Shown: positions 9,890 to 20,800, numbered from the stretch's first letter. The stretch is DNA of 64,000 nucleotides from a virus (IMGVR_UViG_3300024272_000027), one strand, 5' to 3'. Translations and numbers: made by a program. Notes: generated by a model from the sequence alone, not told the origin.

Positions 9890-11770
9890 TTATTCATTAT
9901 CACTATCCGTTAAGTCAATTCCTAAATCATCCGGTGACGGTAATACAGCTCCTCCGCTTGTGTCAGTAGCAGTATCATCACTTTCGGAAGATATGTCCTC
10001 GCCCGTAGGCCCTCCGCCTAAATCACCACCAAATGAATCGTTGAAGTTCATAGGAGCACCTAAATCAGCAGTTTCATCCACAGGTGGGTCCTCCTCTTCA
10101 AAAGGTGTTTCTTCTTCAAGTTTTTCAATCTGGTCCTGTAATACTTGAATTATATCGTTATCATCAATAACATTTGCAAGTAATGACTTAAGTATTTTTA
10201 GTTTAGCTACAGGGTCTTCAATCTCAGCTAACATATTCATAATGTCTGTGGTTAACTGAACTTTACTACTTAGATTGTCACGTCTATCGATTTCTTCTTG
10301 AGTAGTAGGAGGTAACATATGTATAACAAATTCATTAACATAACTATCAAGTCCTTTATCAAGAAGCATTAAGTTAACGGCATCTGTAATAGCTTGAATT
10401 AAAGCATTCTGTATTCTTTTTATCATCTTAGCATATCGGCTAGAAATGATTGATAAAGAGCTTCCACCATTAAAGCCAGTTGAGTCGTCCGTCTGTGAAA
10501 AATATTGTTTAGGAACTCTTAACTGTCCATATAGTTTATTCATATAGTAATCCAAATCCGCTAATGACTTAACATCAACGTCACCGCCGATTTGAGTTGT
10601 AGATATAGAACCCACACCGCCGTGTGTTGGGACATAGACGTTATTTTCTACGGGTCCTGGATTAGTATATTCTGTCATACCATTACCTGTGTTGATAGCG
10701 CTCTTCTGCTCTACCATTTGTTTTATGCCGAGTAATGTTTTAGTAACATTTTCTTTTGGCATATCACCAACTTCAACATTTATAAGTCTAACAATTGACG
10801 ATTTGGTAATACGGTTAAGTAATACTGAATTTTCAAGTAATTGTAGTTGTCGCCATACACTATATATGTTTGATAATAACGATTGACCCTTTTTAACTTT
10901 ATATGTTAATGCGTTATCGTCGTCATTAAAATCCTTATCGGTCAAGAAAATGTTTATAGTCTCTTCTTCACGTGATGCATTGTCTTCAAGGGACGCGTGA
11001 ACAAATTCTGTTGGTGGATAAACATTTATATCTTGTTTTTTAAACTTATATGAATAATTCCACGTATTGAATGTTGTGTTATCGTTTCGCATAACAGTAT
11101 TGGTTACAGGTGCTTCAACGTAACCGATTGTTTTACCAAAACGTGTTAACTCAAACATTGTTGCAGGATTTGCAACCATCTCCATATAATGAACATATCT
11201 ATCGTTCTTTTTATATGCTTTGAGTTTTATGTCTTCATCAAGTTTTTCTTGAGCATTTTCATTTAATGTTTGTTTTTTATCTTTGTTATTATCAAACAGG
11301 ATAGCATCATTATATTCAGAATCTCTATAGAGTCTTAGATATAAATCACCATATTTGCATAAACTATAACACCACTTGTAAATGTTTTTATTAACATTTA
11401 AGGAGTCAAGTAAGAACTCCACCATTTGACCGATATCATTATCTGCTGATTCAACCCATACAATATTTCCTGAATCATTACGTTCAGTAGCATCTTCAGC
11501 ATAGGTTTCCACAACTGCACTTATAGTCCCATCTTCACACATTGTGTCAAAGACATTATACATCTGATTACGATTTTCCGCTTTCTGATTTAAACCGTTA
11601 AGGGACTGGATATCAAGCTGTGATGATAGTCCTGCTTGAATAATATTATTATATAATGTGTTGTTTAAATCTACGTCGCGTTTTCGCTCAGGGGCAACGA
11701 CAGGTTTTATAGGTTTGTTATACAACTCGTCGTCATTAACAACAACAGTATCATCTATAATATCTGGCAT
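9890..11770 (-). CDS. portal protein (T4 gp20-like)
   Basis: 626 aa; LLENSVLLNRITKSSIVRLINVEVGDMPK, SRYAKMIKRIQ motifs; between terminase and protease. Confidence 0.92.
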   Translation of the reverse strand: MPDIIDDTVVVNDDELYNKPIKPVVAPERKRDVDLNNTLYNNIIQAGLSSQLDIQSLNGLNQKAENRNQMYNVFDTMCEDGTISAVVETYAEDATERNDSGNIVWVESADNDIGQMVEFLLDSLNVNKNIYKWCYSLCKYGDLYLRLYRDSEYNDAILFDNNKDKKQTLNENAQEKLDEDIKLKAYKKNDRYVHYMEMVANPATMFELTRFGKTIGYVEAPVTNTVMRNDNTTFNTWNYSYKFKKQDINVYPPTEFVHASLEDNASREEETINIFLTDKDFNDDDNALTYKVKKGQSLLSNIYSVWRQLQLLENSVLLNRITKSSIVRLINVEVGDMPKENVTKTLLGIKQMVEQKSAINTGNGMTEYTNPGPVENNVYVPTHGGVGSISTTQIGGDVDVKSLADLDYYMNKLYGQLRVPKQYFSQTDDSTGFNGGSSLSIISSRYAKMIKRIQNALIQAITDAVNLMLLDKGLDSYVNEFVIHMLPPTTQEEIDRRDNLSSKVQLTTDIMNMLAEIEDPVAKLKILKSLLANVIDDNDIIQVLQDQIEKLEEETPFEEEDPPVDETADLGAPMNFNDSFGGDLGGGPTGEDISSESDDTATDTSGGAVLPSPDDLGIDLTDSDNE

Positions 11771-11795
11771 TCTATCACTCCATTATTCATAATAT

Positions 11796-11805
11796 ATTAT
11801 ACAAT
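11796..11805 (-). promoter_or_regulatory. putative late promoter motif ATTGTATAAT
   Basis: In terminase-portal spacer. Confidence 0.55.
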
Positions 11806-11807
11806 TC

Positions 11808-13856
11808 TTACCATACCATTATGCCTTGAGAAATATATTCGCTATTAAGCGGAATGGCAGGTCCAAATCCAAAATCAAGTTGTTTAGCTTGTTCACTTGG
11901 AGAACTTGTATTAGAGGTATTTGTAGGAAGTCCGTTAAATACTCCTTTTAGTTCATTTTCAAAGTCAACTGTAATTTGTTGTAAAGTTTTAGTTTCAACA
12001 GATGAACTTACTTCAAGTGTTGACTCTATATCTTCACCATAATCAAATGCAAATTGTTCTGCATTCTGAGAAGCGTTATAAACAGCACCGCAAAGAGCAT
12101 CGGCTGCGTCTTTTGAGTTTATACCTGCTGCACTGTGGTCAATTTTACCGCTGTTATTATCTCTTTCAAGACCTATGAGCTCTTCTGTTAATAATTCAGA
12201 ATCGTACATAAGTATGCGTTCTTCATATATAGTAGTTCTTAGATATTGATAAGGTTTACATATATGGTCTATATCCACTCTATCAGCTGATATTACACAA
12301 TAGTTAAAACCTTTAGCGGCTAGTTGCTGCCCAGTGTCAACGGACTGGAAGGTATCAGTTGATATACCTTTTATGTTAAAGCCTTGCTCTTTAAGCCAGT
12401 ATATGAATTGTCTATTCTTTTCAAAAGATATTTGATAGCCTTTTGGAGCTTTAACTGATACAGAAAATCCTAACTGGAAAAATAAATCTCGTGACGGTGG
12501 TTGACCTTCTGTTGGAGGCTTCTTACCGGCTACGAACACACCTGCAATACCTGTCTTGTCTCCGGACACTGACATATCCATATGTATATACAGGGGCATA
12601 TGTTTTATTTTCGGGTCAATAGCTTGTATATCAAAGAAGTCTGCATACTGTGCTTTATCCTGATTACTATTACCTACTTCAATGACATCACGTTTAAATC
12701 CGTTACGCATATTATCACGTTTAACAACTGCTAAACGGGGTCCAGATATATATCTATTTGAATTAGATAATGAGAATCCCGCAATGTCTGTCAGAGCTGT
12801 TTCAATATCGTCTAAGAAGTTTTGATAGTATCCCATAGGAACATCAAGTAATGTATATCCTCTGTCACGATACAATTTTAAATCGGTCTCAGTATAGTTA
12901 AGTGGTACAACTTCAGAACTCAAGAATTTATTACCAACTGCAACTTTAAACTTATTAGGGCTATCTTTATCCGTACGGATTATCCATTGCGGTTCATCGA
13001 TAACAAGAGTTGTTTTACTTTCTTGTTTTTTCTTGCCTTCAATGAAAGTTTCCATAAATGATTGGTCTGTTCGTTTTGAAGACGCTAACACCAGTAATGT
13101 AGGATTCTTCTCGCCTTTCATAAAACGAGATTGCATACGAACAGCAGCTGTGTTGACAAGTGTCTTTGCTTTCTCTTTTTGTTTAGCAACATCTTGATTA
13201 GGCTGAAACGAAATTTCATCAAAGAATGCCCAGTAAACAGCACGACCAATTATATGTCTTGATAAAGAACCTGCTATCAATTCAATACCTTTGGGCGGAT
13301 TCCAAGTTACGTTTGTAGTACCTGAAGTTGTTCCGTGTTCCATAAACCAAGGGGATGATTGCAACAACTGTTGACATTTGTCCCACGCAACGCCTTTTGA
13401 CGCGTCTAGTGTAATGTTCATAAATGCAAAAGTAATCTTATCAATAGGCTGTAATCCATAATGTAAGTAAGGGTCTTTTAAACATATCATACGATACAAT
13501 TCATACAAACCGCATAATACAGCTACGAAGGACTTACCAAGACCGATAGCACCTGAGAGCGCTAAAGTGTTGTAAGCAGCTGGCTCCAACGGGTCCGGAA
13601 ATACTTTTTTCAAAGTTTCTACCCAGTAAGGGAATACGGTGAACTTGCCTTCGTCATTGATGAGGCCTTTACCTAGATATCTTGCGTCTGTAAGAAATGT
13701 ATGTATGTCAACAGGAATCTCATCATAGTCAGCATATATTAAATCATTATATAAACTTGAAGAGCCCTCTGAAGACATTTGTTGTAATATCTTTAGAGCG
13801 AGCTCTCGTTCTTTTTCAGATAAATTTTCTAATTCTTTGAAGTCATTAGATATCAT
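11808..13856 (-). CDS. terL: terminase large subunit
   Basis: 682 aa; Walker A SGAIGLGKS, Walker B FFDEI, nuclease HMDMSVSGDKTG and KDAADA. Confidence 0.93.
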   Translation of the reverse strand: MISNDFKELENLSEKERELALKILQQMSSEGSSSLYNDLIYADYDEIPVDIHTFLTDARYLGKGLINDEGKFTVFPYWVETLKKVFPDPLEPAAYNTLALSGAIGLGKSFVAVLCGLYELYRMICLKDPYLHYGLQPIDKITFAFMNITLDASKGVAWDKCQQLLQSSPWFMEHGTTSGTTNVTWNPPKGIELIAGSLSRHIIGRAVYWAFFDEISFQPNQDVAKQKEKAKTLVNTAAVRMQSRFMKGEKNPTLLVLASSKRTDQSFMETFIEGKKKQESKTTLVIDEPQWIIRTDKDSPNKFKVAVGNKFLSSEVVPLNYTETDLKLYRDRGYTLLDVPMGYYQNFLDDIETALTDIAGFSLSNSNRYISGPRLAVVKRDNMRNGFKRDVIEVGNSNQDKAQYADFFDIQAIDPKIKHMPLYIHMDMSVSGDKTGIAGVFVAGKKPPTEGQPPSRDLFFQLGFSVSVKAPKGYQISFEKNRQFIYWLKEQGFNIKGISTDTFQSVDTGQQLAAKGFNYCVISADRVDIDHICKPYQYLRTTIYEERILMYDSELLTEELIGLERDNNSGKIDHSAAGINSKDAADALCGAVYNASQNAEQFAFDYGEDIESTLEVSSSVETKTLQQITVDFENELKGVFNGLPTNTSNTSSPSEQAKQLDFGFGPAIPLNSEYISQGIMVW

Positions 13857-13889
13857 CTACTTGAACTCCTACTTAAAGTTATTTATAAT

Positions 13890-13899
13890 ATAATACAAT
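13890..13899 (-). promoter_or_regulatory. putative late promoter motif ATTGTATTAT
   Basis: Between holin terminator and terminase RBS. Confidence 0.55.
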
Positions 13900-13902
13900 A
13901 CA

Positions 13903-13942
13903 AAAAGACACTTTGAGCCAATTATAACTCAAAGTGTCTTTT
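13903..13942 (-). terminator. intrinsic terminator after lysis genes
   Basis: aaaagacactttgag / ctcaaagtgtctttt 15-bp inverted repeat. Confidence 0.85.
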
Positions 13943-13944
13943 AA

Positions 13945-14334
13945 TTACTTATTTAAGTTAACTTCAGATTCAATACGAGTATTGATATAAACAGTTAAAT
14001 CAGCAACTGCTGTTTGTAAGTATTCTTTTGCATCTGCAGTTAATAACTTCATAACAGTATCATAAGTTTGTTTGAAGGCTTTCTTCTGTGCTTCAGCGTC
14101 AAATTTGCCTTCCTTCTTCAATGCTTCAACATAAGTTTGATTTGTTGCTATAACAGCATCACATATCGTCTTATCGAGCATATCAAAGTATTTCTTAGCT
14201 AATTCACTTTCGTGTTTGAGTTTTAATTCTGATATTTTAGCTTTGATTAGAAACACTAAGTAAAGAGTTCCTACTCCCAGTAAAGGAAATACTACTATTT
14301 CAAATAATTCAGATAAAATGTTCATCCAGTCCAT
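13945..14334 (-). CDS. holin (LL-H-like)
   Basis: 129 aa; one N-terminal TM, AVIATNQTYV and IESEV motifs; next to endolysin. Confidence 0.75.
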   Translation of the reverse strand: MDWMNILSELFEIVVFPLLGVGTLYLVFLIKAKISELKLKHESELAKKYFDMLDKTICDAVIATNQTYVEALKKEGKFDAEAQKKAFKQTYDTVMKLLTADAKEYLQTAVADLTVYINTRIESEVNLNK

Positions 14335-14337
14335 TGA

Positions 14338-14604
14338 TTATTCCTCCGTTGTACTCTCTTCTGTAACGTCATTATTTTGTTGTTCGTTCTTATCTTTTAT
14401 CACTTTAACAGTTTTTATAGCTGTTAGGGCAACTATCTCTGTACCCCAGAAAGCAAACCACGCATTAGTTAAAGTAGGGCTTACTTCAACACTTGTAAAA
14501 TATTGAAGTACAAAGTTGGATGCTGTGTAAAGTATTATCATTACACATATCAAAACAAGCATTATGTTTGAAACTTTTTTCTTCGGTTTAGGGCTTTTAG
14601 ACAT
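14338..14604 (-). CDS. two-TM membrane protein, holin-like
   Basis: Two hydrophobic helices; coupled to endolysin; start moved to MSKSPK (AAGGAG RBS). Confidence 0.6.
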   Translation of the reverse strand: MSKSPKPKKKVSNIMLVLICVMIILYTASNFVLQYFTSVEVSPTLTNAWFAFWGTEIVALTAIKTVKVIKDKNEQQNNDVTEESTTEE

Positions 14605-16417
14605 TCTTATCGCTCTCCTTATCAATACCAAATAGTTTTATAAAGAATCTAAGAACCTTTTCAAGTAACGCCATAACTACATTTATCTTATCAGTATCAA
14701 GTCCGTCATCAGGCTCAACTTGTGGTTCATCTTTACCGAAATACTTTTCAATGTCAGCATCGGATACAGTTGTTGCTAGTAAGCCGTTTGCAATCTTACG
14801 TATCTTTTGTCCATAAGTATTTTCGGCTTTCATTGCAGCTTCTGGCGTTGAATATGATGCTTTATCATACCCAGGCACTGCCCATCTACCCGCTAACTGT
14901 TCCCAATAAGGAGCAATACCTCTTGTAACATATTTAAAACGTGGGTCTAACACTGTTTCGTTATTGGGTAAAGTATCTTTACATCCATAAGCAAACAAAT
15001 GTTGTAACTGAGCAGTAACACCTTCTTCGATAGTGTTAAACTTACCTCCTTCTATGCCTGTTGATGTTACACCAAGACCACAGTAGTTATGATGTTCTGG
15101 TTTAACTGCTGAGCCTTGATACTTAAACCAACCTGTTTCCAGTATTGATTGCGAAATCGCCCAAGTGGGGTCAATACCATATCTAGGAGCAAGTTTATAG
15201 AAAGCTTTTGCAATTTCAATATCAAAAGAACTATTATTGCTAAGAATATATTTTATTGCTTGTACAACCTCAGTGTCGGAGCTGTCTCTTCCTTTATCAA
15301 CTATCTTCTTAGTAATCGGGAAGTTTAAATCATAAACAGCTGTAACAGTTGTTGTAGTTTCTTTCTTATCATCAGTAGGTGTAACAGGTTTCGGTGCAGG
15401 AGTTGGTTCAACTTTCGGTGCTGTGTAAGCGTAAACCTCTTTACCATTCCAATCAAATACTTTATAACCACTACCAGCTTTTTGACAAGCGTCTTTAGCA
15501 TTAAGTAAAGAACTGAAAGCTCCTACTTGAGACTTACTGTCAGCCCAAGTTTTTCTCACTCTGTATAGTTTTTGCACACTTTCCTCTTGTTTAGGTGCAA
15601 CGTTTTCAGACGGATTTATCCAACTGCCTGCTGATGCTCCAGTACTGTCAACACTGATATTATACATACCGTTAACACCATTTGGATACTTATTATAGAT
15701 GTAGTAAGTTCCAGCCAGTAACTTATCTGTTTTTGCATTAGTTTGTGCTTTTGCGTCTGCTGCTGTAGGATATCTGTTTATACTTGTAACTACTTTATAT
15801 GTTTTACCTGTTGTAGTAGTTGTTTGAGTTTGTTTCTTTGATAACTTTGCTCTTTTAACAATAACATTTACACAAGCTTGAGCACATTGAGTAGCAAACT
15901 TATCAGTAAGTATGATAGGCACATCAGTTTTACTATCCATAAACCCTAATTCAAGTAATACCGCGGGCATATTTGTTTCTCTTACTTCGTGCAAATTTGC
16001 TTTAGCAAGAGGTGTTGCACGATTACCTTTTAGACCTGTTAATGATATAAGTTCATTATAAAGTTCTTTTTGCCAAGCTAAAGTTTCGTTATTTACTGAG
16101 GTATATACAAATGCGGAAATGCCTCCGCCTGTTCCTCCATTTATACCTGCGTTAGCGTGTATAGCAAGATAAAAATCCGCTTTCCACTTGTTTGCTTTAT
16201 CTGTACGTGTTTTTAAAGCTATGTCTGTTTTGCCTGTAGGGTCATCAATACGTAAGACTTCTACACCATTATAGTTTTTAAGTAGATTTTCAATCTTATC
16301 ACAAATACGTCTGTTTAGATAATTCTCTCGTGTTTCATTGGGGTCAAGTGCTTTCATACAGCGTTTACCTGCTGTACTCATTCCGTGACCTGCATTTAAT
16401 GCTAGTTTAAATGACAT
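14597..16417 (-). CDS. endolysin: Amidase_3 + cell-wall-binding segment + glucosaminidase (GH73-like)
   Basis: LNAGHG..E, HANA, LLELGFMD amidase motifs; LYRVRKTW..KSQVGAF binding segment; AISQSILETGW..HNYCGLG..FNTIEEGVTAQLQHL glucosaminidase motifs. Confidence 0.88.
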   Translation of the reverse strand: MSFKLALNAGHGMSTAGKRCMKALDPNETRENYLNRRICDKIENLLKNYNGVEVLRIDDPTGKTDIALKTRTDKANKWKADFYLAIHANAGINGGTGGGISAFVYTSVNNETLAWQKELYNELISLTGLKGNRATPLAKANLHEVRETNMPAVLLELGFMDSKTDVPIILTDKFATQCAQACVNVIVKRAKLSKKQTQTTTTTGKTYKVVTSINRYPTAADAKAQTNAKTDKLLAGTYYIYNKYPNGVNGMYNISVDSTGASAGSWINPSENVAPKQEESVQKLYRVRKTWADSKSQVGAFSSLLNAKDACQKAGSGYKVFDWNGKEVYAYTAPKVEPTPAPKPVTPTDDKKETTTTVTAVYDLNFPITKKIVDKGRDSSDTEVVQAIKYILSNNSSFDIEIAKAFYKLAPRYGIDPTWAISQSILETGWFKYQGSAVKPEHHNYCGLGVTSTGIEGGKFNTIEEGVTAQLQHLFAYGCKDTLPNNETVLDPRFKYVTRGIAPYWEQLAGRWAVPGYDKASYSTPEAAMKAENTYGQKIRKIANGLLATTVSDADIEKYFGKDEPQVEPDDGLDTDKINVVMALLEKVLRFFIKLFGIDKESDKNV

Positions 16418-16430
16418 ATTGATTCCTCCT

Positions 16431-17660
16431 CTATTTATTGTTAGGTAAATCAGTGATAGTTAGTCGAGAGTTACTTGGTCCTACCATATAACAATCAACT
16501 ATGTTTTTAAACTGGTTACCAATTTTTATTTTCATATCAACTTTAAATTTTAAAGCATCACTGAAGTAGTAGTTGTTTTCTGCGACATCAATTTGTCCAC
16601 TTTTTAATTTATAGTAGTAAAGACTTGATATGATGGGGTAGTAAACGGTAGTGAGACTATAACAGTTAGTGAACGCAGAGTATCCAATATTCACTGTGTT
16701 ACTACTCATATAAATTGTGTGTAAGTTTGAACAGTTTTCAAAACAATATTGAGGGATTGTTGTCAACTTATTAGATAGTGTAACTGTAGTAAAAACACCT
16801 CCGCTAAAACAATACGAACTTAATTCAACAACATTATCTGGAATTATAACATTGCTAGCAGGTATTCTACCAAAACAACGTGAAGTTACGTATTTAGTGT
16901 CGGACGTAAATGTGAAAGTGTCCACCACCACTCCAGCAAATGCATAAGGAGTTATATTAGTAATAGTTCCTGCAAGTACTAATCTATCGATATAAACTAT
17001 GGGGTCACCAATAGATATAGTTCGTTCAAATGCATTGTCACCTATATATTTTATAGTAGATGGTAGCGATATATGTAACACTCCTGTATACTGATTATCA
17101 TAGAAGGCATAATCAGCTATAATAGTTGTACCATACAAGATATTTTCAATTTCCCGTCTGTTAAGGTTGCAACCACGAAAAGCGCTTTGAGGGACATATT
17201 CTTGGTCTTGTAAGTTGAGCCATCTATATTCATTGAATTCAAAATCAAGCTTACTACAGTTTTGAAATGTAGACACCCCAATTTGATTTACACAGTTACC
17301 ACTGGTCCATATGTATTCAAGATTGTTGCAGCCCATAAAAGCACGGTCACCTAGTGTGCAACAATTAGGAGGAAGGGTAACTTGCGTTGTTGTAGTATTT
17401 CCTTCAAAAGCTCCTTGAGTAACGTTACCATCATAATCTGTTTTACCAATGACGGCGTGTACAGGCACACTCACATATGAACTAGTCTCTGAGTGTAGAG
17501 CTTGTACAGTTGAAGGTACTTGTACCATCTCTTCTGGCACATTTCCTTCCCAAGTGCTTATATAAGGACCGTTATAGCGAGTAATCACAGCATATGTACC
17601 TGATTGTCCAACTATTCCTACAGTTTCAAATTCCCATTCGCCTAAATCTGGCATAGCCAT
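16431..17660 (-). CDS. BspA-type leucine-rich-repeat protein, candidate receptor-binding protein
   Basis: Repeats such as VTLPPNCCTLGDRAFMGCNNL, TLSNKLTTIPQYCFENCSNL; in tail-fibre cluster. Confidence 0.85.
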   Translation of the reverse strand: MAMPDLGEWEFETVGIVGQSGTYAVITRYNGPYISTWEGNVPEEMVQVPSTVQALHSETSSYVSVPVHAVIGKTDYDGNVTQGAFEGNTTTTQVTLPPNCCTLGDRAFMGCNNLEYIWTSGNCVNQIGVSTFQNCSKLDFEFNEYRWLNLQDQEYVPQSAFRGCNLNRREIENILYGTTIIADYAFYDNQYTGVLHISLPSTIKYIGDNAFERTISIGDPIVYIDRLVLAGTITNITPYAFAGVVVDTFTFTSDTKYVTSRCFGRIPASNVIIPDNVVELSSYCFSGGVFTTVTLSNKLTTIPQYCFENCSNLHTIYMSSNTVNIGYSAFTNCYSLTTVYYPIISSLYYYKLKSGQIDVAENNYYFSDALKFKVDMKIKIGNQFKNIVDCYMVGPSNSRLTITDLPNNK

Positions 17661-17673
17661 ATGTGCTCACCTC

Positions 17674-19329
17674 TTATTCTGAATATACAAATATAATTGT
17701 ACCTTCTGGCTGTTCAGGTATTGTATCTGTATCTTTAAATACTTTTATGTTGTTAGGAGATAATGCAGCACTTATTGCCGTGTCAACGTAATCTTTGTTA
17801 GCAGCGTGTTTTTTAGCTGTAGGTGTACTATGTATGTTAAAATGTCCGAACGCTGTAACATAATTAGCTCCAAACTTTAGATAATTACCACTTCCTGCGT
17901 TACCTACTTGAGTTGTTGAGTGATTAAGTACTAGATTACATTCATCATTAGTGTCAACAGAAACTTCAGCAAATTTTTGTTGACACTCGTCTGCGGAAGT
18001 TGGTACAGTTTTTGAATTATAAGGTGTAGTATGTAAGTGCTTATCATATTCTACATATAATAAGTTTTTCAGATTGTCACCGTTACTTATAATGTCAAGT
18101 CCAATATGACACACTGGGTACTGCACTGCTTCAGTACTAACCCATCCTTCAGCATCAGAAATTAAAGTAGTGCACGCATAAGGAACATATTGAACACCTT
18201 CACCGGTACCTCTTACAAGCATCAACTGAGATAGTGTATCATTGGACCAACTATATAGAAGAGTGTACGTACCTGGTAAAAGGTATATAGGTGTGTCAGT
18301 AGACATAATAATTATACCATTACTATCTGTAAGTGTAATTTCACGTTGTATTATGCCATCTAACGTAAAAGTAACAGCATTCTTATCTCGAGTGAGGCTG
18401 CTCACTTTTTCTGCATATATAAATACATCTATTGTATCACTTGTAGCTGTGAATGTTTCATTAGAAGGGAACATATTTAATCCTATGAAGTTTACGGGTA
18501 CGCCAGATTTTATAGGTTCATATTCCTCATTATAAAAGGAAGATGCAGGTTCAATAAATAAGCATATTTCAGCATTTCCTTCTGATGCTTTTACATTATT
18601 TGCTACTATGTTCACATATTGACACTTATTATAAGTTGTGTCAATTATTATGTCTGTGTCTACGTTAAGAGTTTGCTCATTTCTAACAATTCCGTCTGCG
18701 TCTTTTAGTTTGATACTAAACGGAAATGACCCCGTATTCTGCAAACTATAAGTGCCATCAACAGGTAACTCAATAGTGTGGTCAATAGATAGGTCAGACG
18801 CATTTGAAGAGTTCGGTCTAAATACTACAGGGTAAATTAGACTACGGTCAATAGTCCAATCATTTCCTGAACAATGTGGCACTATTGTAGATAAATCTAG
18901 CAAATTGTTCGAGCCTACACGTATTTTCATATCAGACTGTATTTGATGTATATCGTCTAAATATATCGAACTGCCTATAACAGCTGTGCGTTCGCTAAAT
19001 ACAACGGTGTTAAGATGCTCTACATTTTCAATGTAAGCAACCATTTCCTCATAACTAAGGCCACTGCCACCGCCAGTTTCTACAAAAGGTAGTGCGTTTA
19101 CATTTGACACTCCGTCACCAAATTTTAATCTGAATTTATTTGAAGATTGCACAGGGTAACTAACACCATTGATAGTTACCGCTGTATTATATGTTACTCC
19201 GTGTGCGTCGGGTTTATAAACAACTAGTTCGCTGTCCCTGGGAACAAAATCGACTGCTTTAGCCCACTCAATAGCCGTATCGTGTCTTGCAATACTTATA
19301 CCACTATATATAGTTGGTTCTGTGCTCAT
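17674..19329 (-). CDS. tail fibre-type protein with Mtd N-terminal-like domain
   Basis: RHDTAIEW...RLKFGDGVSNVNALPF N-terminus; PTAKKHAANKDYVD fibre motif near C-terminus. Confidence 0.75.
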   Translation of the reverse strand: MSTEPTIYSGISIARHDTAIEWAKAVDFVPRDSELVVYKPDAHGVTYNTAVTINGVSYPVQSSNKFRLKFGDGVSNVNALPFVETGGGSGLSYEEMVAYIENVEHLNTVVFSERTAVIGSSIYLDDIHQIQSDMKIRVGSNNLLDLSTIVPHCSGNDWTIDRSLIYPVVFRPNSSNASDLSIDHTIELPVDGTYSLQNTGSFPFSIKLKDADGIVRNEQTLNVDTDIIIDTTYNKCQYVNIVANNVKASEGNAEICLFIEPASSFYNEEYEPIKSGVPVNFIGLNMFPSNETFTATSDTIDVFIYAEKVSSLTRDKNAVTFTLDGIIQREITLTDSNGIIIMSTDTPIYLLPGTYTLLYSWSNDTLSQLMLVRGTGEGVQYVPYACTTLISDAEGWVSTEAVQYPVCHIGLDIISNGDNLKNLLYVEYDKHLHTTPYNSKTVPTSADECQQKFAEVSVDTNDECNLVLNHSTTQVGNAGSGNYLKFGANYVTAFGHFNIHSTPTAKKHAANKDYVDTAISAALSPNNIKVFKDTDTIPEQPEGTIIFVYSE

Positions 19330-19378
19330 TTAGATATAGTCCTTTCTATAGTGTATTTACGCAGAGAGGTTTCAAATA

Positions 19379-20614
19379 CTACTCAACGGGTACCACATTG
19401 TAAGTTAAATCAGAGAAAGTGCACTTGCAACGAAGCGATGTAGCTGAAATCGTTTCAGAACTAACTACACATTTTGTTATCTTACCAATGCCTGTGTATG
19501 TATATAAAGTGATTGTATCAATAGCACTGTTATCATCACCTGTTCTTGTTATAGAATCAACAAGATATACTTCATTGTTGTTTCGTATTGTATATCCTAG
19601 TTTATCTGCAGCATATAATTCAGCGGGAGAATACATTTCGTTAGTTCTATTACCTGCTATATTTATAAGTATACTGCGATGTCCCTCAGGGTATGCAATG
19701 TAAGATATATGCCCATCTGCGTCAGTATCAATGAATACAACTGCACCTCTAACTAAGTTGATACCTCCAGCTTTATAAGTTGCCTCATCAGCACATAAGC
19801 ACTCAACACCGTCATCAGGGAATACAGTTTCACTACCGCAAGTTATAGGTCTCAAAGATATTATCATAGTACTATCTTCAACACGATATGTGTGAACGGT
19901 ATATAATCCTGAGGTCATAGTTACATCAGGTAATCTCCAAACTCTATTTAGATATTCAGTATTACGTTCATCAAGTACTTCATCTTGCACATTAGTACCT
20001 GCACTAGCGTTAGTAAACATAGAACTAACACTTCTCAGTGTAGCCACGTCTGTTCCCTTAACAGGATGTTTAACACCTCGAATATTTACAAGGCTGCTCT
20101 CAGTAGTACCACTTTCCTCTTTAGTGCCACTTATCTCTATTGTATCAGAACCATCAGTTTTAAGCGTTATTTGATAAAGTGGTTCATCTAATGATGTACG
20201 ATAATTACGCCATTCAATAGGGCCGTTGTTAGTAAATCTAATAATATCACCAGCAGTGTGATTTATCGCTTCAACATATGCGGCATTACTACATAATCTT
20301 GCTGAACCCGTTCCTAGAGCAATGCGACCTCCGCTGTTGTATAGTTGCAATATTCCATTCTTTGTTACGTTTCCAGACTCATCGCAAGTATCAAGGTTGA
20401 TATTATACACATCATTAGTATTGTCTGTTTTTGTAACAGTTCCAAAGAAATCCATTTTTCCTGACAAGTCCATAGATTCAGGAAATTCAATACTGCCCAC
20501 GTAGTCAAAAACGGCCTTTGCACTCGGGTATTGCGTATTAGTACTATGTTCGTTAATAATTTGAGTTTTATTCTTCGCTGATTCAATATCAGTTATATTT
20601 AATACGTATGACAT
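19379..20614 (-). CDS. tail fibre-type protein
   Basis: STNTQYPSAKAVFDYV and HPVKGTDVATL fibre-type motifs; start moved to MSYVL (GGAGG RBS). Confidence 0.65.
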   Translation of the reverse strand: MSYVLNITDIESAKNKTQIINEHSTNTQYPSAKAVFDYVGSIEFPESMDLSGKMDFFGTVTKTDNTNDVYNINLDTCDESGNVTKNGILQLYNSGGRIALGTGSARLCSNAAYVEAINHTAGDIIRFTNNGPIEWRNYRTSLDEPLYQITLKTDGSDTIEISGTKEESGTTESSLVNIRGVKHPVKGTDVATLRSVSSMFTNASAGTNVQDEVLDERNTEYLNRVWRLPDVTMTSGLYTVHTYRVEDSTMIISLRPITCGSETVFPDDGVECLCADEATYKAGGINLVRGAVVFIDTDADGHISYIAYPEGHRSILINIAGNRTNEMYSPAELYAADKLGYTIRNNNEVYLVDSITRTGDDNSAIDTITLYTYTGIGKITKCVVSSETISATSLRCKCTFSDLTYNVVPVE

Positions 20615-20630
20615 TCGTAACCTCCAGTTA

Positions 20631-20789
20631 TTATAAGAAGTCAGGAACCGCAAGGGTTCCTGTCTGAATCTTACTATTATTTATAAAATCATTATACTCT
20701 TCTTCAGTGCATTCTTCGTAGCCTTCAGGACATATATCTTTCTTTACATCCATAGTACAACCAGAGTAATGAACAAGTTTATAATACAT
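20631..20789 (-). CDS. 52-aa protein missing from ORF track, possible fibre assembly chaperone
   Basis: Hand translation MYYKLVHYSGCTMDVKKDICPEGYEECTEEEYNDFINNSKIQTGTLAVPDFL; AGGAG RBS; fills gap between fibre genes. Confidence 0.65.
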   Translation of the reverse strand: MYYKLVHYSGCTMDVKKDICPEGYEECTEEEYNDFINNSKIQTGTLAVPDFL

Positions 20790-20800
20790 TAACTAATCTC

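Noticed and set aside
20642-20662. Hairpin caggaacc/ggttcctg as an intergenic terminator
   Set aside because: It falls inside the 3' end of the 52-aa ORF with only a weak U-tract; may modulate downstream expression but not supportable as a terminator.
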